In this document: positions 18,426 to 27,500 of the stretch, piece after piece
Layout of the letters: every line of letters begins with the position of its first letter
How positions within the stretch are numbered: the stretch's first letter is position 1
IMG/VR virus record: IMGVR_UViG_3300035682_000017
Location: 17,704-81,703 of that record
Length of the DNA: 64,000 nucleotides
Direction: 5' to 3' (one strand)
Source: a virus
Made by a program: the position numbers and the translations under genes
The notes under the pieces: generated by a model
Database searches by the model: none
What the model saw: the letters and a program-made list of their open reading frames with translations, nothing else
Told to the model about the DNA's origin: nothing

Positions 18426-20723
18426 ATGGATTCTGATTATAAAGTATTTGATGGAACGGATTGGTTAGATCCATGTAAAAGAGAAATTTCTTTTTTAAAA
18501 ACAGATTTAGCTTGGGAAACATTAGATCCTAAAAATAAAATTACCCATTATTTTGATGGAGTTGAATGGAAACGATTAATCTGTCCTGAATGTATATGTG
18601 CACCTGGATATTTTGTAGATGCTGTTAATGACACTTGTTTTAAAGTTACCTATAAGGCTGCTCAATATAGAGAAGGTGCTGTTGTTTATGAATTAGGAAC
18701 TGCGGATAATGCATTGTATGGTTCAAAAGGTTTGGCTTTATATCAAGATATTACATTTAAAACATTTCCTTTAAATGGATATAAAAGCGCACCTGGTGAT
18801 TTTTTATCATCTTATCCAATTAAAGAGAATGCTGGAACTGGTACTCAATTATCAGTATTACAAACAAATGTTAATAATTTTCCAATTGGTGGAAATAGAT
18901 TAAGAGCTTGTGGACTTTGGGCTAAAATTCCTGGCAGTTCTCCTGTTGCAAACTGGCCTAATGGACAATGGCTTACAGTTAAATATTGTATAAACATTAC
19001 TGAAAAGAAACAATATATTTTTGCTATAGCTGGTGATAATCAAATTAAAGCTTCAATAGATTCTACGACATTTAATGGAGGAGGTGTAACAAGTTTAATT
19101 AATTTGTGGGGTGGTACTACAGCAGATGGATCAATAGCACCAGTTGCTTCAACTCAACCTTTTACATATTGGCACATGTTTCCAATAACACTTCCAGTTG
19201 GTTCTCATACATTAATTCTATCAGGATATAATTATAGTGATGCTGGTAGTTTTGGTGCTGAAATTTATGACTGTACTGCTACATTTATGAAGAATACACT
19301 TATGGCTGGTTTAGAAGCTATTGATCCATATTTACTTTTTTCAACTAAACAGCTTATAGTTCCCCCACCACAAGGTCCATTAGTAATTGCTGGTCCAACA
19401 GAAACTAATCCTGGATTTACATGTGCTGATCCTACCACTACCTATAGTGAATGTTATGGAGCTCCAGCATGTGTAAAACTTCTTACATTAGATTGTGGTG
19501 AAGTTCCACCATTTGTTTTAGATTGTTCAACTGCAGTAACTGCTGGAGTATATATTGCTAACACGCCTGTTGTTAATGGAACTATTAATATACAATATAC
19601 TGGTGGAACTGGTCAAGAATATCCTTTATCAACAAGTCAGTCTACTGGTGTTACAGGACTTACTGCTACTTTGCCAGCTGGAGTTATGAGTCAAGGTGAT
19701 GGTATTTTAACATTTAATGTAACAGGAACTCCTAATGAAGGGGGTACAATAAGTTTTGTTATTGACGTATTAGGACAAACTTGTACAGTTGATATTACTG
19801 GTGATAATGAAAACACAGTTAATGTAAACTTCCTTGCTGATTATATTGTTTTAACATATACTTTTAAAAAACCTGGAGAAAGTGAACCTGCAGATACTTG
19901 GATTCTTGATGATGGTACTGATTTTTATAATACACCATATACCGTTCCTGGTCAACCAACAAAACTTGTTAGAAATGATATTCAAGGAAAAGATTTAGAT
20001 ACACATACAAGAATTTATGCTGGACCTGATGAAAATAATCCTGTTCTTACTTCAGAATATTTTGGATATGGTACTGGTGCAAATACAACTTCAGTCGATG
20101 GGCCTTACCCATATTATACTGTTGCAGGTGGTAACATAGGCTTTATTGTAGCCGCTGATGGAAATGGAGTTATACCTTTAGATGATGAAGCAGTATTTAG
20201 GTGGGGAAATGATAATACAGGAACAGGTTCCGAAACTGTTTTAATTAACGTAAAAGAATTTTTAAGAAGATTTGGTCCTGGAGGTACAAATGTTGGTGCA
20301 GCATCTGCTACTCAAATTCCTACACCTATAACAACTTTTAATGTTGAAATGAGAGCTTGGTGGTATGATTCAAGTGGAATACCAACTCGCTATCCAGTAA
20401 AAATGAAAGCTGAATTTTATAAGAATACTACTGCAAATCCAATTACTGGTATAACATGTCAAGCCTTTAAATTTATAATTGCAGGTGGTGAAACTACTAC
20501 TGTATTAACGCCACCAGTTATAGTAATAAATGATTTAACATTAGCAAATCTTAAAGATGATCTTTATTATAATGATAATGGTGCTCAAAACCTAACTATA
20601 CCAATAAGTAAAAGAATCAACGTGTTCACTTATTCTGCATTAACTGGTGCTGGTGCATTTGTAAATGATAACTATTCATTAATTCCAATAGCACCTTACA
20701 TAAGAAAACCTATTGATATATAA
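18426..20723 (+). CDS. Multidomain fibre tip / receptor-binding candidate (765 aa)
   Basis: KVFDGTDW N-terminus, CICAPGY..C Cys motif, PA14-like segment (FAIAGDNQ...LPVGSHTLILSGYN) and an Ig-like STGVTGLTATL..LTFNVTGTP domain. Confidence 0.6.
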   Translation: MDSDYKVFDGTDWLDPCKREISFLKTDLAWETLDPKNKITHYFDGVEWKRLICPECICAPGYFVDAVNDTCFKVTYKAAQYREGAVVYELGTADNALYGSKGLALYQDITFKTFPLNGYKSAPGDFLSSYPIKENAGTGTQLSVLQTNVNNFPIGGNRLRACGLWAKIPGSSPVANWPNGQWLTVKYCINITEKKQYIFAIAGDNQIKASIDSTTFNGGGVTSLINLWGGTTADGSIAPVASTQPFTYWHMFPITLPVGSHTLILSGYNYSDAGSFGAEIYDCTATFMKNTLMAGLEAIDPYLLFSTKQLIVPPPQGPLVIAGPTETNPGFTCADPTTTYSECYGAPACVKLLTLDCGEVPPFVLDCSTAVTAGVYIANTPVVNGTINIQYTGGTGQEYPLSTSQSTGVTGLTATLPAGVMSQGDGILTFNVTGTPNEGGTISFVIDVLGQTCTVDITGDNENTVNVNFLADYIVLTYTFKKPGESEPADTWILDDGTDFYNTPYTVPGQPTKLVRNDIQGKDLDTHTRIYAGPDENNPVLTSEYFGYGTGANTTSVDGPYPYYTVAGGNIGFIVAADGNGVIPLDDEAVFRWGNDNTGTGSETVLINVKEFLRRFGPGGTNVGAASATQIPTPITTFNVEMRAWWYDSSGIPTRYPVKMKAEFYKNTTANPITGITCQAFKFIIAGGETTTVLTPPVIVINDLTLANLKDDLYYNDNGAQNLTIPISKRINVFTYSALTGAGAFVNDNYSLIPIAPYIRKPIDI

Positions 20724-20745
20724 AACTTAGTAATATTTAAAAATT

Positions 20746-22314
20746 ATGAGTAATAAATGTAATAAATGTAACAGCTTAGTTTGCGATTGCGTAAATGAGG
20801 CATTTGTAAGAAAAGGTCCAAGAGGTAAACAAGGACCTAAAGGTAATACAGGTGTAGGAGTTTCTGTAGCTGGACCACAAGGTATAGAAGGACCTACTGG
20901 ACCGGCTGGACCATCTGGTGTTATAGGACCTACAGGTTTATCAGCTTATCAAATTTGGGTAGCAAAAGGAAACATTGGAACTGAACAAGATTTTTTAAAC
21001 AGTCTTATTGGACCACCTTCTCAACTTCCAGCTGTATCCGTAGGTACTACAACCACGTTAGCAAGTGGTACGCCAGCGTATGTAAATACAACTGGTTCTA
21101 CTGCCAGTAATTCTATTTTTAATTTTGGAATTCCAACAGGACCTGCTGGTGAAAAAGGTGAAAAAGGAGATAAAGGAGAGCCTGGCGCACCTGGTGCAAA
21201 CTGCTTAATATTTAAAAATGAAGCTGGTGCAGTAGTTGTTCCAGGTTCATTTAGAACTCAAGGGGGTGCAAACTTTGCAGATGTAACTACATTGCAATTA
21301 AGTAAAACATCAATGCTTGGTTATTCAGGTTCTGTTGCTACAGCAAATAATGCTGCAGATTGGTTAGCTTCAATTGCTATTGAATCTGTAATACAGTTAA
21401 CTAATGTTAATGATTCAACAAACTTTGGAATTTTTAAAGTAGGATCTAAAACTAATAATGCTTTAGGTGTAACTCTTATTCTTGACTATATTGCTGGAAA
21501 TGGAATTGCTAATGCTACAAATTCTACATTAACAGTTTGTTATAATGTACCATGTATTGCTGAACCAGCAAATGTAAATCCAGACAGTCTTTGTGGGGAT
21601 GATACTGGTGGTAGTGGAGTACCTCTTCCAGTTCCTGGTTCAGGTTGCGGATGTCTTCCAGTTGGATTTTTATCTCCTTTTGCAGGTGCAGTTGGTGCAC
21701 CAGAAGGATGGTTGCCAGCAGATGGTTCAACAAAACTAATTTCTGATTATCCAGCATTAGCTGCTGTACTTGGAACTACTTATGGACCAACTACAACGAC
21801 TACTTTTAAATTACCAAACTTAAATGGTAAAGTTATTGCAGGACCTGGTAATTTTGGCAGTATTGGTCCTGGAGCAATTGGACAAGTTAAAGGAGTTGCT
21901 GATGTTACAACATCTATAGAACTTACGGTTGAAGGAGAATTAGGTGAAGCAATGTTACCTTTACATAAGCATACTGCTGGTACACTAGCTGCTGGTGGAG
22001 GAGGTGCTCACAACCATAAACTTAAACGAGATAATACTGGCGCACTTAGTGATCCTAATAGAGGTACATCCATAGATTTCAAAGATAGTCAAGAATGGGC
22101 TGGTCCTAATTATAATCAAGGAAATGATGATTTTAATGATACTACTAATAACACTGTATCTGCAGTTGCAGATCATACTCACCCAATTACAGGTGAAACT
22201 GGTGAAGCTGGAACAGCTGGTTCACCAGATCCAGTTAGTTTAACTGGAAATACTAGTTTTGATGTTTCGCTTATACAACCAACTTTAGTAATGCGTTATA
22301 TGATTAAATTTTAA
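20746..22314 (+). CDS. Collagen-like tail fibre with phage tail-collar domain
   Basis: Gly-X-Y tracts, GLSAYQIWV..GTEQDFLNSL, collar motif PVGFLSPFAG..PEGWLPADG..YPALAAVLGTTYG..FKLPNLNG, HxH metal motifs, QPTLVMRYMIKF end. Confidence 0.85.
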   Translation: MSNKCNKCNSLVCDCVNEAFVRKGPRGKQGPKGNTGVGVSVAGPQGIEGPTGPAGPSGVIGPTGLSAYQIWVAKGNIGTEQDFLNSLIGPPSQLPAVSVGTTTTLASGTPAYVNTTGSTASNSIFNFGIPTGPAGEKGEKGDKGEPGAPGANCLIFKNEAGAVVVPGSFRTQGGANFADVTTLQLSKTSMLGYSGSVATANNAADWLASIAIESVIQLTNVNDSTNFGIFKVGSKTNNALGVTLILDYIAGNGIANATNSTLTVCYNVPCIAEPANVNPDSLCGDDTGGSGVPLPVPGSGCGCLPVGFLSPFAGAVGAPEGWLPADGSTKLISDYPALAAVLGTTYGPTTTTTFKLPNLNGKVIAGPGNFGSIGPGAIGQVKGVADVTTSIELTVEGELGEAMLPLHKHTAGTLAAGGGGAHNHKLKRDNTGALSDPNRGTSIDFKDSQEWAGPNYNQGNDDFNDTTNNTVSAVADHTHPITGETGEAGTAGSPDPVSLTGNTSFDVSLIQPTLVMRYMIKF

Positions 22315-22351
22315 AGAATGTCACAAAGGTTGGTTTCATGTGGCTGACAAA

Positions 22352-22385
22352 AAAATAGGTCCTGGGGTAATCTGGGGCCTATTTT
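22352..22385 (+). terminator. Hairpin/terminator 1 (GUAA tetraloop)
   Basis: aaaataggtcctggg-gtaa-tctggggcctatttt. Confidence 0.65.
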
Positions 22386-22401
22386 AACCTTTGTATTAAT
22401 T

Positions 22402-22431
22402 ACCCACTAGGAAACTAGTGGGTTTCTTTTT
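22402..22431 (+). terminator. Rho-independent terminator 2 (GAAA tetraloop)
   Basis: acccactag-gaaa-ctagtgggt followed by ttcttttt. Confidence 0.85.
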
Positions 22432-22459
22432 ACAGGTTTAATTTGTATTTTTGGTGGTA

Positions 22460-22478
22460 AATTAGTATATTATTAGAT
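22460..22478 (+). promoter_or_regulatory. Putative late promoter (TATATTA 22466-22472), 6 nt before ATG
   Basis: Follows terminators and precedes a new operon. Same core motif. Confidence 0.55.
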
Positions 22479-22955
22479 ATGGTTAATGATTTAAAAGGAA
22501 ATCGGATTAGAGAAATTAAAGGAAAGGTTATTGAAAAGATAGATGTTAAAAACTTTAATGTTAAATATCCTGAACACAAAGGCTTACAAAAAGAAGATAT
22601 ACTAAAAGTAGTAAAAGTCTTTAATGCTAAAATCATTAGTGAAACTATTAATAACATTTATGGTGTTTCTTTACCACAAAACATTGGAGTTGTTTCAATT
22701 GTAAATAAAGGACCATCAGAAAAAAGACCAATAGATTTTAAAAATTCTTTGAAAGAAGGAAGAGTTATTAGATATAGAAATTGGGATACTGATAATAATA
22801 TCATGGGGATAAGATTTTCACATAGTGGAAAAGGACTTCAACCTAAAAATATGAAGCTGTTTGGATTTACAGCAATAAGACAATTTAAAAGAGAAGCCTC
22901 TAAATATTTTAAAAAAAATTGGCAGAGATGTTTATTTATAACTAAACCACTTTAA
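22479..22955 (+). CDS. IHF/HU-like DNA-binding protein (crAss tail-module type)
   Basis: Basic protein, helix followed by GVSLPQNIGVVSI, and FTAIRQFKR, echoing the HU/IHF fold. Precedes ring/muzzle genes as in crAss-like phages. Confidence 0.6.
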   Translation: MVNDLKGNRIREIKGKVIEKIDVKNFNVKYPEHKGLQKEDILKVVKVFNAKIISETINNIYGVSLPQNIGVVSIVNKGPSEKRPIDFKNSLKEGRVIRYRNWDTDNNIMGIRFSHSGKGLQPKNMKLFGFTAIRQFKREASKYFKKNWQRCLFITKPL

Positions 22956-22957
22956 GA

Positions 22958-23629
22958 ATGACAACAATCGGTGAATGTGTATCAAGACTTCGTAGTAAAA
23001 TAAAAGCAAGAACAGAAGATGCTTTTGTTACAGACCGCTATCTCTATAGTGTATTCATTAGTTATGCTAAAGCTTTAATTAGAAGACAGGACAATGAAAA
23101 TAAAATAATGAGATATGATTCATTATTTGAACTTTTACCAATGGTTGATTTAATTGAAGTTGATAAAGCAGAAGCTAATTGTGCTGGTATTAAAACTGGA
23201 TGCAAAATAATGCGTACTAAAAATAAACTACCAAAAGTATTTCAAGGAAGCTTAGGTCCTATTTTTAGAAGTGTTGGACCTATTGATGGTTCAGATACAT
23301 TTCAACAAATTAATTCTGCCATCTATGTTGCAATGACAAGCTCAACTAATTTTAAATATAACAAGACTCACTACTTTTGGTATAGAAATGGTCATTTATA
23401 TTTTCCAGATATTAAATGGGTTGCTGTTCAAATTGAAGGAATGTTTGAAGAACCTGTAGATAAGTTTTGCAATCTAAATGATGTTGATTGTACAAACATG
23501 CAAGAGAAAGAATTAAATCTTCCAGAGTATTTAATTGCAGAAGCAGAACAAATGGCTTCTCAAGATTTGCTTACACCGGTTAAAATACCTAGTGATACAT
23601 CTGATGATCAACAAAACATACATAGATAA
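22958..23629 (+). CDS. Tail ring protein
   Basis: MTTIGECVSR, IMRTKNKLP, KYNKTHYFWYRNGHLYFP and LPEYLIAE motifs; synteny. Confidence 0.7.
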   Translation: MTTIGECVSRLRSKIKARTEDAFVTDRYLYSVFISYAKALIRRQDNENKIMRYDSLFELLPMVDLIEVDKAEANCAGIKTGCKIMRTKNKLPKVFQGSLGPIFRSVGPIDGSDTFQQINSAIYVAMTSSTNFKYNKTHYFWYRNGHLYFPDIKWVAVQIEGMFEEPVDKFCNLNDVDCTNMQEKELNLPEYLIAEAEQMASQDLLTPVKIPSDTSDDQQNIHR

Positions 23630-24552
23630 TGGCTTCATATAATTTACAATACAGAACTTATGACCAATTGTTGGCAGAGGTTCAATCTGATTTTAAAAAC
23701 TACTACCTTGAAGATTTTATTAATCCGCAAGAGTTCATTAAAGTTGCTAAAAGATGTAACCGTGAATTGGGTTTAAAGATATTTAAAACTCATGAAGCTG
23801 TTCTTGATGTAGAAAGAGGAAAAGCTAAACTTCCTAATAACTTTAATGTTTTAAATTTTGCATTCATTGTAGGCAAGTTTAAAAGAATTGAACCTGTTAT
23901 TTCAGGTACTCATACAGAACGTGTACCAGTTGGAACTAAATATGATCCAGGAGTTGGAGATCTTGTAATTTGTGCAGATCCAGTTGTAAATCCTGAAAAC
24001 ACATGCTCTACTTGTAACGTGTCTGTTACATCTTGTAGTTGTAATGTTCAACTTAATTGTAAAGGTGAGCAAACAATACTTGTTCAAAAACTTAAATATG
24101 AAACAAGAGTATGGGAAGAGTTTACACCAATTAGAATAATTGAAAATGGAGATGTTGTAGATATGAATTGTCCAAATAAAAAATGGCAAGTTTATAATTC
24201 TGCATACATTAAAGATAATTTCATTTATCCTTCTTTTCAAACTGGAAAGATTTATATAAACTATCAAGGTTTTTTAGAAGACAATGATGGAAACTTATTA
24301 GTTCCTGATCATGATCTATTAAATGAGTTTTATGAATATGCTATAAAACAACGTGTGTTAGAGAATATGATTATGAATGGTGAAGTTGTTAATCAAATGC
24401 AAATTCAATTGATTGAGCAAAGATTAAAAGCTGCAAGAAACAATGCATATTCATTAGTGAATACACCAGATTTTAATGAGTTAAGAAGAATATGGGAAGT
24501 TAATAGAAAAGCTCAATATTCTAATTATTACGACATGTTTAGAAGTATGTAA
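23629..24552 (+). CDS. Tail ring / tail tubular protein (P22 gp4-like position)
   Basis: GKAKLPNNF, YIKDNFIYPSFQTGKIYINY..DNDGNLLVPD..EFYEYAIK. Directly upstream of the muzzle gene. Confidence 0.75.
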   Translation: MASYNLQYRTYDQLLAEVQSDFKNYYLEDFINPQEFIKVAKRCNRELGLKIFKTHEAVLDVERGKAKLPNNFNVLNFAFIVGKFKRIEPVISGTHTERVPVGTKYDPGVGDLVICADPVVNPENTCSTCNVSVTSCSCNVQLNCKGEQTILVQKLKYETRVWEEFTPIRIIENGDVVDMNCPNKKWQVYNSAYIKDNFIYPSFQTGKIYINYQGFLEDNDGNLLVPDHDLLNEFYEYAIKQRVLENMIMNGEVVNQMQIQLIEQRLKAARNNAYSLVNTPDFNELRRIWEVNRKAQYSNYYDMFRSM

Positions 24553-24554
24553 TT

Positions 24555-27500
24555 ATGGCAAAGAAAAAAACAGCATCTGCATCAAGCAGCACATTTAAGT
24601 CTACTGCTACTTTTGATAAAGCAATGGTAACGGATGTAAATGATTATCATTTACCGGAAAACGCATGGACCTATGCACGTAATGCAATTAACAATTCAAG
24701 AAAGGGTGACATTGGTAAGTTATCTAATGAACCTGGTAATCAATTTTGTACTACTGCTCCATTTAATATAATTGGTTCAATACATATTGAAAAAGATATT
24801 TGGGCTGTATTTTCAACAAACAATTATCTATCAGAGATTGGTTTATTTGTTGAAGGTGAATGTTCATATACAAAACTTGTAAGAAGTACGTGTCTGCGCT
24901 TTAAAACAACAAACTTGATCATTGGAGTAGCTAAACCAAATGCATTTTGTAGTCATGAATTATTTTGGGATGATGGTATTAACCCTACTAGGTATATTGA
25001 CATAAATAAAATTCCATGGCTTGAAACATGTGAAGATGTAGATGGATGTAAAATCTGTGAACCAACTTTGGATTCTAATGATGAAAAAATTCTTGATTGT
25101 GAACAATTAAGATTAGAATCTATTTATAAAACTCCAACTGCAGTTGTTAAAAAAGGAGTTGGTATTGGAACATTAAACAATGGTACATATCATGTTCACA
25201 CGGCTTATTATGTAAATGAACAAAGAGTAACTGACTATACTACAATGTCAAATACAATTTCTTTATTTACACATGATAATGTTAATGGAAGTATTGATGT
25301 AGATATTAAAAATTTAGATACTAATATCTTTGATGACTACGAGTTAGTATTGGTATACACTGTAGCAGAGAAGACTGTTGCTAGGCATATTGGTATGTAT
25401 AGTACTGGTGTAACTAAAGTTTCTATTGATAATATAAATTTAGAATCTGGAGTTATTGATTCAAAACTTTTAGGTTACATTACACCTGTTCCAGATAAAT
25501 CAAAAGGAGTTTATTCTACAGGTAAATATTTATTGCGTGTAAGTCCAACTGATAAATTTCAGTTTAACTACCAGCCATTGGCAAATCAAATTAGAACTTT
25601 TTGGCAGTCTGTAGAATATCCAAAAGATTATTATAAAAATGGAGGCATTAATGTTGGTCACATGCGTGATGAAGTTTATACTTATTTCATACGTTGGATT
25701 TATAACACTGGTGATAAAACTCCTTCTTTTCATATTCCAGGTAGAGGTCCTGTTGATTATGTTTTAACAAATGATGATGGTTCTAAAGGTTCCACTTTAA
25801 AAGAAAATGATCCCCTTCCGTCTTCATTTGAAAAGAATGTAATTGAGGATTATACTCCTAAAGTGTTTGAAGTATTCAATACAGCTTACTTTACTAAATC
25901 TCCTAACACTCTTTTAGATGACGGTGGTGTTGTTATCCATGAAGGAAGAATGGGATACTATGAAAGTTTAGAATTATATCCAGATAACAATCCTCAAGTT
26001 TGGAATGCTAGTTCACATCTATGGTCTGATTCTGGTGATGATAATCATGACTTGTGTGGTAAACCAATCCGTCACCATAAATTCCCTGAAAATTCTTTAA
26101 ACTATTCAGGACTGTATTCTGATATTACTAATCACTATAATAAAACTGGTGATAAGATTAGAGTAATGGGAGTTAGGTTTGAAAACATTAAACCTCCAAA
26201 AGATAACAAGGGAAAAGTTATTAAGAACATTGTTGGTTATGAAATCTTACGTGGTAGTCGTGATGGAAACAGAAGTGTTCTTTACAAAGGTTTAATAAAT
26301 AACATGTTTGAATATGATCTTCCTTCTAAAATTACAAGTAGAAAAGGATTGTATGCAAACTATCCTTTTAATGATTTAAGACCAGATCCATTTATTTCAA
26401 AAAAGAAAACTAACTATGATACAGCAGGTGGTTTAAAAAATCTTGTACCAAATACAGCTTACAGTAAAAAACATTTTACTTTTAATTCTCCAGATGTATC
26501 TTTTGGTAGACCTTTTTTAAATGCTAATGAGTTAAAGATTTATGGTATTGCTCATGGTATTTCTTCTGGTAAATATGCAGAAGCTAGTGATCACCCTAAA
26601 CATAAATTTTATACAGATTTAGCTTTAGGTGTTGCTTTAATTGCTGGTGTTGGATATGCTATGGCTAAACAATTTGGTAAAAAGGTAAATACATATACTG
26701 GATGGCAAAAAAATTCTACTGCTTTACCTTGGAATGTTACTGGTACAACTGTAGCATTTACTGGAGGTACTGCTATTGGATATTTACCTAATCCTAAACC
26801 TACAGCTGCAGCTGCTGCTTTAGCTGCAGCAGATACTGTTAAAAATAATGCACTTAAAGGTTTAGGTATTCTTGATATATTTACTGGTACTAATACAAAA
26901 GAATTAGCACAAAAGGCTTATATTAAATCTACAGCTAGTGCTGCTGTAATGGGTTCGATGTATAGTTCTGCATCAAAGAATGAAGGATTTGATAATGTAG
27001 ATCAAACTCCAACTGCATTAAGAATGATGCAAGCAATTCCAATGTTCTTAACTAACATGCAAGATGGTGCTAATAGTACTTTGGAATTAATAAAAGCAGT
27101 TTCTCCTTACAATCAATTTGCTCATCAGTTTATTTCTAAATGTGAGTATGAAGAATATCAAGCTCCTAGTGCTAATAATAGAAGAAGAAAGATTGATGAT
27201 AGTAGATATACTACATCGCAGATGCAAGACTTTCAAAGTACTCACATAATTAATAATTTGTATAGACCAACTGGCGTTGTGTTTAATACATTTAAAAATG
27301 TTGAGAATACTGCAATTGCAGATGTATCGCGACCTGATAGATTATCTCAAATGGCTGACAATGATAAGTTTGAGTTTCAAAGAAGACGTGCTGCTTCTCA
27401 CTACGTTGCATTTAAAAATCCGGATAGAAGACAATATGGTCAGTTAGATTCTATTAAAATGATTCCTACCAAAAGTGAATATGTTGAAATTGATTTAACG

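Larger units (their letters stand above)
22319..22431 (+). ncRNA. Candidate structured small RNA / 3'UTR with three hairpins
   Basis: Hairpin gtcaca/tgtggc with a GGTTGGTTT loop, a 15-bp hairpin with GUAA loop, and a 9-bp hairpin with GAAA loop plus U tract. G-U pairs and GNRA loops favour the + strand. Confidence 0.45.

Noticed and set aside
18415-18430. Programmed frameshift fusing the collagen gene and the tip gene
   Set aside because: No slippery heptamer before the stop, and the downstream gene has its own typical taatt-ATG start.
15711-21195. Repeats as a CRISPR array
   Set aside because: They are in-frame Gly-X-Y collagen codon repeats without unique spacers.
22319-22431. tRNA or known riboswitch
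   Set aside because: No cloverleaf or T-loop (GTTC) consensus, and no riboswitch consensus I recognise. Kept only as a candidate novel RNA.
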